64,000 nt of DNA from Thermoplasmatota archaeon (GTDB lineage Archaea > Thermoplasmatota > Penumbrarchaeia > Penumbrarchaeales > Penumbrarchaeaceae). Shown here piece after piece: positions 41,401 through 48,505 of the stretch. A program made the translations under genes and the position numbers. The stretch is from assembly GCA_049472215.1 (NCBI GenBank), contig JBLIRH010000001.1:43308-107307 (forward strand), given 5' to 3'. The notes under the pieces were generated by a model that saw nothing but the letters and a program-made list of their open reading frames with translations, ran no database searches and was not told where the DNA came from. Numbering within the stretch: position 1 is the stretch's first letter; every line of letters begins with the position of its first letter.

Positions 41401-43109
41401 TAATCATCGATATCGTCAAGGGTAACGATCTGGATATTGCGGAGATAGCCAGGGTTGCATCCAACATTACCATGGACCTTTCATCCACCCTTAGGGAGAC
41501 GGTCAAAGGCATTGTGACAAAGATCGCAGGACTCGGTGTGAAAGGGATCCTGAACCTTACATGTGCCATACTGGGTATCGAAAAGATCGATCTTGAGCTT
41601 GATATCGGAACATTGAAGGTCGCTTTGCATACGGAAAGAAAAGCCCTTACGGGTGGGCCGGGAAGCCTTCTCAACATTACCTTCGACCTTAGCTCCATCG
41701 GGATGCATTGCTGCATGTCCTTCAACAGACTTGAGGACGGGAACTATGACTTCCACGGAACTGCGACGTTCGATGTCGGCCCGCTGTGGTTAAGGCTTGA
41801 AATGGACCCGTTCATGTTGAGAGCTCCGCATATGATATCGATCGAGGTAAGATATGATGCAGGAAATGGAAAGGTCCTCAGGGCTTCGCTTGAATGCCCT
41901 GCATTGGAGGAGTACCGTTCATGCCAGGTATCGCTTGGCGACACACTGGGTGTCGAACCTTTCATTCCGATACCGCCGCTCGGCATACAGGCCGTGATCG
42001 ATGCTGGATTCATGATGAGGTACCGGATGCCAGAGGAACTGGGGCCCCAATTGAATGAGATAAGGATCTCTGGAAGGAATATCACGGAGGTTGAGATTTT
42101 CAATCCGAGGGGATACCCGCTGTATGGTTCAACCCTTGAAATTGAAGGTCGAAAGGGGAGTTTGATCATATCCTGGAAATTGGACCCGGAGAACAGCAGG
42201 TTCATAATGGCAGGTATGAAAGTGTCGAACTTATGGAGATGTGATGGTCCCGTTCCCAGCAATGGCATGGTGAGGGTGGTCCTTCGATCCCCATCGGGTC
42301 TTATCCTGGACGATCTTGATGCAAACCTTTCCAAAAGCGGCTGGTTCTCGAGGGATGCGGATGGCTACGGTGTTTGGAGGTACGGCGAGGGGACGCCAGG
42401 GTCCCGGAACGGGGGTTCTTTGCCAACCGATATCAAGTCTCTATTGATCTCGATCGCTCTATCGGCGGTAAAGGAGGCATGGAAGTTATCCTACGAGGTA
42501 CACGGTCTCTCATTCGATATCATCGTTCCCTTTCTGGAAAAGGCCATCGACCTGTTCATGGAACGATTTCTATCGGTGGTCCGTGAGCTGGTGGTCGATG
42601 TGCGGATGTTCCTGTCCCTCGAGATCGAGGATGCTTCGGGAACAGCGGGTGGAGGATTGGAGCTCTCTTTCCTGGCAGATGGAGAGGCTGTCGCAGAGTT
42701 CCTCGGGTGGCTATACGAAAACATCAAGGTTTTCATATCCAATCTCGCGGACCCCCGGAGTGCAGGGGATTACAGGGCTTTCCCCATGGAGATCCTGGCA
42801 AGATGCTACATTGGCCTGGATCTGTTCATGGAGGTCGAGATGCCGGTTCCCATCGCGAAGATGGCCCCGAAGGGGGTCGATCTTCCCGATTCCTTCACCC
42901 TTGCTATCATGGGAAGGGTGAACCTTGCGCTCCCCTTGAAATTACTTGGAGTGGATGTGGGGGGAATTGCCATAGTTCTTGGTATCTACATCAAGGATGC
43001 ACCGGATGCTATAGTGTCCCTTTTCTACGATGTCGGGAACATCGGTCTGACCCAGGACTTCTATTTGTTGAGGGGGACCGTCTGGGAGGAATCCATCGAG
43101 GTGATATGA
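38475..43109 (+). CDS. Orphan giant protein (about 1545 aa), N-terminally membrane-anchored, no recognisable domains or internal repeats
   Basis: Start taken as GTG 38475 overlapping the upstream stop; the track's 38388 start overlaps the preceding gene by 91 nt. Single N-terminal TM FAYLAISILVLTTFYVSY. Mixed alpha/beta-looking, acidic. Confidence 0.55.
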   Translation: MRSPDVKIDRFGREAFAYLAISILVLTTFYVSYEISLERGWEKGLRDRSLLLDLKGELNGVKWGIGQYLIALNDEFVIRAGTEVLRDPMDKRLDGRVESMLIERLNLELAGIANSFLPPDSSFNIEILNWTVDSIPVTGDLEIPVPGTRMDRNLSGLTETCMGSEVFGVNTTFHIEMVMTDSESSLIVMDDLEISVNRVSLSEFVTGRIQRFQDAVNGMELASLLEYMVGLLVQTKCMMGFGREPGTGEIVPISIVTEAELLSVLDLAMALLARSHLMVDDRGFIESIGEDLSMAPGGSKRTILPEYIESSQTVLDPGALVLGGEGIFHQDNPPDLQMVLRPFFLAIVDTVVNKLVSYLGVDDMLMGSVGRLKTIFDLGAEAVDSLSESILGMDLIDTSRSSAKDIFRSMLERSCYLDPEEYTIMIRKNEEVIWNGSSISSYPLVRLPQMERSFELGLSDGGPENQFYRSPNGTVHSKAEYFDPTEEFLGVLCTIYRIKANFIFDEIEPPFIPRNLLEDEEFINALAYFLGTDESDTGSGSESEFREKGRYAVRKVTESFFNGITGPFNEIWKSSWKGWTDEDIPSFSDGLPPLGSMMDIGSWPIKELADSFATALIDEFSVVGLFESLCDVEGEYTELIADWIFTNYDIWTHRGDQIGYIQMIRKDLIFDHTDVEILEVTPVEENVLENDIYLETGKNEVSVISERPEISKWLGLGLAEKLEIDVELEFHWSSLISASYLEVRDREFGTGSDGRGEGWIRNELKGQGTRGFDLLFSSYNGDPLSISNMVEGLVSEGFDSIGCFNDASTRISGGRFLLPATDLGGRIEVHDLNPGTGSIDNLTAVLAIQRNPSSRATIEPTDGTYNTDISNASAPYRTIYSVYFWGEYTVRFSVSSGDNGTSSNISRILPVYTRLSCQVASYWPMFGAQYEKVGRLIDHLKDKVVEARDTLKGELNRIVEDVLGDSMSSLREVPPIIIDIVKGNDLDIAEIARVASNITMDLSSTLRETVKGIVTKIAGLGVKGILNLTCAILGIEKIDLELDIGTLKVALHTERKALTGGPGSLLNITFDLSSIGMHCCMSFNRLEDGNYDFHGTATFDVGPLWLRLEMDPFMLRAPHMISIEVRYDAGNGKVLRASLECPALEEYRSCQVSLGDTLGVEPFIPIPPLGIQAVIDAGFMMRYRMPEELGPQLNEIRISGRNITEVEIFNPRGYPLYGSTLEIEGRKGSLIISWKLDPENSRFIMAGMKVSNLWRCDGPVPSNGMVRVVLRSPSGLILDDLDANLSKSGWFSRDADGYGVWRYGEGTPGSRNGGSLPTDIKSLLISIALSAVKEAWKLSYEVHGLSFDIIVPFLEKAIDLFMERFLSVVRELVVDVRMFLSLEIEDASGTAGGGLELSFLADGEAVAEFLGWLYENIKVFISNLADPRSAGDYRAFPMEILARCYIGLDLFMEVEMPVPIAKMAPKGVDLPDSFTLAIMGRVNLALPLKLLGVDVGGIAIVLGIYIKDAPDAIVSLFYDVGNIGLTQDFYLLRGTVWEESIEVI

Positions 43110-43150
43110 TCAGTAAAGTTATAATATGTTATAACAACTTATGCGATACC

Positions 43151-43372
43151 ATGTCTCAGGTATTCAAGGCAAAGGTCAGGAAGATCGGCAATTCATATGG
43201 TATTCTCATACCGGCAGAGATAATCCAGGAACTCCATGTTGGATCAGGGGATGAATTGATGATCTCAGTCGCCACCATAGATCTTGAAGAAAGGAATAGA
43301 TTACTTGTCAAGATGGCGGGACTTTACAAAGGCACAGGACCATTCGAAAGGGAGAAGGAGGATCGCTACTGA
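43151..43372 (+). CDS. vapB: AbrB/MazE/SpoVT-type antitoxin (VapB-like)
   Basis: MSQVFKAKVRKIGNSYGILIPAEIIQELHVGSGDELMI has the swapped-hairpin fold signature. It is the 3' end of track ORF 42707-43372. TGATG overlap with the PIN gene. Confidence 0.75.
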   Translation: MSQVFKAKVRKIGNSYGILIPAEIIQELHVGSGDELMISVATIDLEERNRLLVKMAGLYKGTGPFEREKEDRY

Positions 43373-43767
43373 TGTTCATTGACACATCCATTCTCATCGA
43401 TATTATTTCACATAAAAGAGATTCATCGACCTTTCAAAGAATTCTTGACATAGTGAAGGACCAGCCAATGTACATTTCATTGATCCAATTAGGTGAATAC
43501 TCAGATTGGTGCTACAAGAATGGCAAGGACCCAAATGAACATCTTCGGAAGATCAAGGACATTGCAAATGTTGTAACCATTACTGAAGAGATATGCTTGG
43601 AAGGATCTCGAATAAAGGACCAACAAAGAAAAATCGGATCAAAGAAATTCTCCCTTGTGGACGGTATCATCACTGCGACTGCAAGGTCGATAAATTCTCC
43701 GATCTTAACAAAGGATAATGATTTTAAAACTCTCGAGGATGCTATTGTATTCGATAATTTCAAGTAA
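43372..43767 (+). CDS. vapC: PIN-domain ribonuclease toxin (VapC)
   Basis: MFIDTSILID start, acidic residues at the conserved PIN positions, ...ILTKDNDFK C-terminus. Confidence 0.8.
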   Translation: MFIDTSILIDIISHKRDSSTFQRILDIVKDQPMYISLIQLGEYSDWCYKNGKDPNEHLRKIKDIANVVTITEEICLEGSRIKDQQRKIGSKKFSLVDGIITATARSINSPILTKDNDFKTLEDAIVFDNFK

Positions 43768-43788
43768 GAAGGTTCCAGTCTCCGAGCA

Positions 43789-44853
43789 ATGGACCTTAAT
43801 GACCTTGGATGGGGCCCGGAACTCGAAAAAACTTACAACCAGCTTGGGCTCGATGGGGCTGAAGGGATCTCGGTCGGGAGGATATCCTTCTTTGACGGGA
43901 CCCATTACACCATCATCACCGAGAGCGGTGATGTTCGGGGAAGGTCATCTTCCAAGGTTCTTGGGGAGGGGGCCCCTGCCGTGGGTGATTGGGTTGTTGT
44001 AAAACTCTCCGAGACCGGTAACATAATTATCAAGGTCCTTCCGAGGAGCAGCTGTATCTCAAGAAAGGTGCCCGGTAAGGAGGTCCAGGAACAGGTCATA
44101 GCTGCCAACGTTGACCTCCTCTTCATCGTGATGGGGGCCGACAGCGACTTCAATCTCCGAAGACTGGAAAGATACCTTGCCATGGCATTTGCTTCCGGTT
44201 CCCGGCCCGTTGTTCTTCTGAACAAGATCGATTCGATCGAGGACCTGGAAGAGAAACTCGAACTCATCAATAACATCGCGGATGATGTCCCCGTGCATCC
44301 TATTAGTGCTCTCAAGGGGGAGGGATTGGAGGTTCTGGACAAATACCTTGATACAGGGATTACAGCAGCCTTGGTGGGATCATCAGGTGTCGGGAAATCC
44401 ACTCTCATAAACAGGCTACTCAGGGAAGAAAGGCAGAAGACGGGAGATGTGAGGAAGATCGGAGGGAAGGGCAGGCATGTCACCACTTCGAGAGAACTGA
44501 TAGTCCTACCAAAAGGTGGGATCCTTATCGACAATCCTGGGCTCCGGGAGCTGCAGCTCTGGGGGGACGAGAACATGCTTGAGGAAGCCTTCAAGGACAT
44601 TTCCGATCTCTCGAAAGGCTGTCGTTTCAGAGACTGCCAGCACCTTTCAGAGCCTGACTGCGAGGTGAAGAGGGCAGTGGAAGACGGGACACTGGATCGG
44701 TCTCGTTATGAGAACTATCTCAAGATGAGAAAGGAGCTCCATCATCTCTCGGTCAAGATGGACAAGGGAGCCCAGGCACAGGAAAGGGCGAGATGGAGGG
44801 GCCTGCTGAAGGACGTCAAGCATTATTATCGGTACAAGAGGGAAGGGAAATGA
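43789..44853 (+). CDS. rsgA: Ribosome small-subunit-dependent GTPase A (RsgA/YjeQ), circularly permuted GTPase
   Basis: G4 (LLNKID) precedes G1 (GSSGVGKSTLIN). C-terminal zinc knuckle CRFRDCQHLSEPDCEV is typical of RsgA. Confidence 0.85.
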   Translation: MDLNDLGWGPELEKTYNQLGLDGAEGISVGRISFFDGTHYTIITESGDVRGRSSSKVLGEGAPAVGDWVVVKLSETGNIIIKVLPRSSCISRKVPGKEVQEQVIAANVDLLFIVMGADSDFNLRRLERYLAMAFASGSRPVVLLNKIDSIEDLEEKLELINNIADDVPVHPISALKGEGLEVLDKYLDTGITAALVGSSGVGKSTLINRLLREERQKTGDVRKIGGKGRHVTTSRELIVLPKGGILIDNPGLRELQLWGDENMLEEAFKDISDLSKGCRFRDCQHLSEPDCEVKRAVEDGTLDRSRYENYLKMRKELHHLSVKMDKGAQAQERARWRGLLKDVKHYYRYKREGK

Positions 44854-45072
44854 TGTCCAGGTCCTTGGGGAAATGGATAATGAAATCTTCAATTCGAAAA
44901 TGAATTATGAAAAATCAATAAGATCGGCAGCACCCCCTCGATATATATTAATGAAATGGAAACCGATAAATCAGGTATAAATCAAGTGCATTTCAATTGT
45001 TAAAGGGATAAATTATTTAATTCTAATAATCTATATTCATTTGCATTCCACCTGTGACCCGGAGGTGTATTA

Positions 45073-45633
45073 ATGGACGAGAAAATGTACAAAATAAAGA
45101 TTAAAGAAGAAGATATGGTCGTTGAGTTAGCGGGTGACAAGAAATTCGTTAAAAAGGCGTTCAACGAGATAAAGAAGATACTCAACAAGGACCTCAAAAC
45201 TCCCAGAAGCATTGCCGACAAGAAGACCAAGAAGAGACGAAAGAAACCAGGTCGGAAGAAGAAGCCGGGCCCGAAACCAAAGAAGAAGGTCAAGCCGAAG
45301 AAGATACCAAAGAAGGACCGGGTCGACATGCGCTCCATGAAGCTCGAGGAGATCTTCAAATTGAAGGCCCCCAAGAGAGAGAACCAGAGGGTGATGCTTC
45401 TTGCATACTTCATGAACAAGGTCGAGGGCAAGAGGGAATTCAGGGCGATGGACCTTCCACCTCTCTACAAGAAGCTCAAGCTCAAGGTACCAAAGAACCT
45501 CAGCTATTTCCTGAGGAAGATGTCAGAGGACGAGAAGGCCCTCCTTACCCATGGGAAGAAGCAGGGCAGGTACAAGATCACCGACAAAGGGATCGATTTC
45601 ATTTACAATGTGATCCCCGATGCGAAGAAGTAG
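45073..45633 (+). CDS. Lysine/proline-rich DNA-binding-like protein: N-terminal domain, KP-rich linker (H1/AT-hook-like), C-terminal winged-helix-like domain
   Basis: KKTKKRRKKPGRKKKPGPKPKKKVKPKKIPKK linker. C-terminal ...EDEKALLTHGKKQGRYKITDKGIDFI resembles a MarR/ArsR-type wing. Preceded by ~190 bp of AT-rich DNA. Confidence 0.45.
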   Translation: MDEKMYKIKIKEEDMVVELAGDKKFVKKAFNEIKKILNKDLKTPRSIADKKTKKRRKKPGRKKKPGPKPKKKVKPKKIPKKDRVDMRSMKLEEIFKLKAPKRENQRVMLLAYFMNKVEGKREFRAMDLPPLYKKLKLKVPKNLSYFLRKMSEDEKALLTHGKKQGRYKITDKGIDFIYNVIPDAKK

Positions 45634-45676
45634 AGAAAAGAACATTATAGAGATGTTCTGATCTGTTCATGACGAA

Positions 45677-45717
45677 CCTTGGTGGGTCATCATGGCCCAC
45701 CAAGGTGATCTATTTTT
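45677..45717 (+). terminator. 10-bp perfect hairpin CCTTGGTGGG-N9-CCCACCAAGG followed by a T-tract, downstream of the K-rich gene
   Basis: Read directly. A second small inverted repeat GAACAT-N7-ATGTTC lies at 45640-45658. Confidence 0.45.
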
Positions 45718-45776
45718 CATGCGATGATCCAAGGGACAAGATCGATTCATAGCCGATCGGATAGAACTTTGAGTTT

Positions 45777-45833
45777 CAGATCTTGAAATGGTCAAGAGTA
45801 TTTTCTTCCGCAAAATGCAGGTTTCAGACCGCG
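45777..45833. repeat. Direct repeat copy 1 (diverged), encoding on the minus strand a DphB C-terminal remnant ...NLHFAEENTLDHFKI*
   Basis: cagatcttgaaatg is identical in both copies, then codon-wise similarity with third-position differences. Pairs with 46592-46648. Confidence 0.6.
45780..45827 (-). pseudogene. Displaced 3'-end fragment of a diphthine synthase gene (14 codons after an in-frame stop)
   Basis: Minus-strand translation *NLHFAEENTLDHFKI* compared with the intact DphB C-terminus GNLHFAEEEALEHFKI*. Confidence 0.5.
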
Positions 45834-45886
45834 AAAAAAAAGACCGCTTGCCCCCTAATATACGTGAAATCCTTTTATATCCACAG

Positions 45887-46225
45887 ATGAATGTGAACCT
45901 TGTGTCAGAGATTTCCCGATTGGAACTGGCTAAGGCTTTTTCTAAAGAAGCTAAAAAGAGATACGGGGCTCGGATTGATGAGATAATTCTTTACGGCTCC
46001 GTCGCCAGGGGAGAGGATGGGAAGGATTCTGACATCGATCTTCTGGTGATCACCAGGGAGCGGATACCACATATTCAGAGAGATATCTCCGGGATGGCAT
46101 TTGACTCCGGTTTCGAGACCCATGAGAAACTTTCCGCTCAGGCCTATTCCAGACCCTATATCGAAGAACACAAGGAACTCACATTCTTCCAAAATATCAT
46201 GGAAGAAGGGATGCGGATTGGATAA
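45887..46225 (+). CDS. Minimal nucleotidyltransferase (MNT) of a HEPN/MNT pair
   Basis: IILYGSVARGEDGKDSDIDLLVI is the GS...DxD nucleotidyltransferase motif. Start taken at MNVNL because the track start (45788) lies inside the direct repeat and antisense to the dphB remnant. Confidence 0.7.
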   Translation: MNVNLVSEISRLELAKAFSKEAKKRYGARIDEIILYGSVARGEDGKDSDIDLLVITRERIPHIQRDISGMAFDSGFETHEKLSAQAYSRPYIEEHKELTFFQNIMEEGMRIG

Positions 46226-46238
46226 AGTCGAAATATTC

Positions 46239-46601
46239 ATGGAAACGGCCTACGAGAGATTGGAATCAGCTGAGATCTTACTTAAAAATGGTTTTTACAA
46301 AGATTCTGTGAATAGATCATATTTTGCCATGGTCAGTGCTGCTCAAGCAGCATTGACCATACGGAAAATCGAAGCCAAGACACACAGAGGACTGCATTCC
46401 CAATTCCATAATGAATTTCTAAGGACCCATATTCTGGAACGGGATTTTGGGAGAATGTTCGATGTGACGGAGGAGATGAGGATCAAGTTCGATTATAATC
46501 CCGAACCGGAAGCTTCAGAAGAACTAGCGGAAGATTCACTTCACCAAGCAGAAAAATTCGTTGAGGAGATAAGAAGACACATCGAGAAGGTCAGATCTTG
46601 A
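46239..46601 (+). CDS. HEPN-domain protein (partner of MNT)
   Basis: All-helical ~120 aa. Overlaps the MNT gene end. Rx4HxY-like region (KTHRGLHSQFHNEF). Confidence 0.65.
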   Translation: METAYERLESAEILLKNGFYKDSVNRSYFAMVSAAQAALTIRKIEAKTHRGLHSQFHNEFLRTHILERDFGRMFDVTEEMRIKFDYNPEPEASEELAEDSLHQAEKFVEEIRRHIEKVRS

Positions 46602-47361
46602 AATGCTCCAGAGCCTCTTCCTCCGCGAAATGAAGATTTCCCGGAACGATCAAGCAATGAGGGGGCGCCCCCATTTCCATATTCTTCAGCTCCCCAAGGG
46701 TCCCATAGATCACCTTCCAATCCTTCCTCCCCGCCCTTAACACAGCCACGACCTTGGTCCTATCTTTGATCTCCCCACCCCCCCGCTTGCCCTCCATCTT
46801 CAGCAGGATATCGCACCCTTCAGCAGCTGTCATGTACCTGTCATTATGGGACTGGATGTCGAGGAGGACAAGGGTGTGGAGCCCTCTTTCCATGTTCTCC
46901 GTGATGAAATCGAGAGGAGAAGTTGGGAAATAATCCCCTTCCGGAAAGGCAAGTGTGGTGGTCCTGCCGAACTTGTAATGCTGGAGACCTGCAAGGCCAG
47001 CCGCGGCGTTGAAGATGGATGCAGAGTGTATTATCTCTACATCGATCCCCATTTTGATCGCATCGAACCTGAGCTCCTGGTGAGTTGTCGCGGTCAAGGG
47101 GTCCCCGGCCGTCAGGATGCATACATGATCGTTCTCCTGCAAGGCTCCGATCACTACCTCTTCCTCCTCGACCTGTTCCCGGTCGAGGACAACGATCTTC
47201 TTCCCAACGAGCTCCTCCAGACGATCGAGCGAACCTTCCTCGAGAATGGATGTGAAGAACTCGGCAAAGATGATATCCGCATCCCTCATCCTGTCGAGAC
47301 CCTGAATTGACAATGACCTCTCGTTGGATATACCGAGGCCGATCATGGAAAGCCGTTTCAT
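46591..47361 (-). CDS. dphB: Diphthine synthase (DphB/Dph5)
   Basis: MIGLGISNERSL... tetrapyrrole-methylase-fold start (probable true start at 47346) and the archaeal diphthine synthase length and motifs. Confidence 0.8.
   Translation of the reverse strand: MKRLSMIGLGISNERSLSIQGLDRMRDADIIFAEFFTSILEEGSLDRLEELVGKKIVVLDREQVEEEEVVIGALQENDHVCILTAGDPLTATTHQELRFDAIKMGIDVEIIHSASIFNAAAGLAGLQHYKFGRTTTLAFPEGDYFPTSPLDFITENMERGLHTLVLLDIQSHNDRYMTAAEGCDILLKMEGKRGGGEIKDRTKVVAVLRAGRKDWKVIYGTLGELKNMEMGAPPHCLIVPGNLHFAEEEALEHFKI
46592..46648. repeat. Direct repeat copy 2 = actual 3' end of dphB
   Basis: See 45777-45833. Confidence 0.6.
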
Positions 47362-47386
47362 ACGGGCCCCTACATACTGAGAAATA

Positions 47387-48502
47387 TTAAATTATGTTCA
47401 TCTCCGAAAGCTTCTCCGGGAGATACGTGTCCGTGACGAAGTCCAGACCGTATTTGGCTAATGCTTGTTGCTCGGATTTTTTCTTCAATTTGAGCTGCAG
47501 CTTGATCTCTTCTTTCCATTTGGTCGAGGAGAACCTTGGGTCTGTCAGCTCGGACTTCAAAGCGTTGACATCATTATCCGATAGGCTGTCGCTCGGAAGG
47601 TCGTAGTTCACGATATCCGATGGGGTTATTCCAAGATACTGTGCAGCGGGGGTCGCCAGGTATTCCGAAATATGAGCGGTCTTGATCGCTCCGTAGGCTA
47701 CCGATGCGAAGATCCGGTAGGACCATGGATCACCATCGGTGAATAGGACCACGGGAAGTTTGGAAAACTCATGCAGCCGTTTTATAAAACGCCTAGTCGA
47801 CCTTGCTGGCTGACCTTTCAGATGGACAAGTACCGCCTTATGACTATCGTCGAACCCGTTCTCGACCAGTCTATCGAACATACCGCCTGTCTCTACTGCG
47901 ACGATCATCTTGGCGTTGATGCCCCTGAACTTGATCTTCTCCTCCTCCACATTGTAGGGTATCCCGTATCCCGAATCCCCGACATCGTCCTTGCAGTTGA
48001 TCTTCTTGATCTCGCCCTTCCTGTTCTTCTCCTGGATGGTGACGTCTCCTATGACCCTTGCACCGTCCTCCTCAGGTCTCAGCTTGAAATCCTCCCTGAG
48101 TGAGGTTGTGATGATCTCCAGGTCCTCTGCGAGCCTGTTGGATTCATCCTGGGTCGGGAACTTCGCCTTCTCCCATCCCTCCGAGATGTAGTACATCTCC
48201 CTCAGTGTGGAGGACTTTCCGTCCCCTATCATCTCACCTATGAAATCGATCGTATACAGGGTTCTGAGTATACTGGTGGCACCGCCAAGGTCCTTGGCGG
48301 ACCTCCTCACGACATCATCCCCGTACTTCCACACCTTGTGGTGTTTCGAGAGGACGATGTTGGATTTTGTCCTCGATGACACCTCCAGGTGGGGAATATC
48401 GCCTCCCTTGATCTGGTCGTATATGAACTCCGCTATCTTCAGAAGGCGGTCCCTTGCCAGTTTATTCCCTTTAGTAACCTCGATCTTAGACACTGGGATC
48501 AC
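47387..48502 (-). CDS. top6A: DNA topoisomerase VI subunit A (Spo11 homologue)
   Basis: Winged-helix catalytic Tyr region plus the Toprim segment (...[15 protein letters not shown]...). Confidence 0.9.
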   Translation of the reverse strand: MIPVSKIEVTKGNKLARDRLLKIAEFIYDQIKGGDIPHLEVSSRTKSNIVLSKHHKVWKYGDDVVRRSAKDLGGATSILRTLYTIDFIGEMIGDGKSSTLREMYYISEGWEKAKFPTQDESNRLAEDLEIITTSLREDFKLRPEEDGARVIGDVTIQEKNRKGEIKKINCKDDVGDSGYGIPYNVEEEKIKFRGINAKMIVAVETGGMFDRLVENGFDDSHKAVLVHLKGQPARSTRRFIKRLHEFSKLPVVLFTDGDPWSYRIFASVAYGAIKTAHISEYLATPAAQYLGITPSDIVNYDLPSDSLSDNDVNALKSELTDPRFSSTKWKEEIKLQLKLKKKSEQQALAKYGLDFVTDTYLPEKLSEMNII

Positions 48503-48505
48503 CTC

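Noticed and set aside
42707-43372. 221-aa + ORF reported by the track
   Set aside because: Its first ~145 codons overlap the giant gene in another frame. Only the last 74 codons, from ATG 43151, form the genuine VapB-like antitoxin.
45788-45886. N-terminal 33-aa extension of the MNT ORF (MVKSIFFRKMQVSDRE...)
   Set aside because: Lies inside direct repeat 1 and is the antisense read-through of the dphB 3' remnant. The same pseudo-peptide (MLQSLFLREMKISRND) appears antisense to the real dphB end at 46596. MNT-family size supports the MNVNL start.
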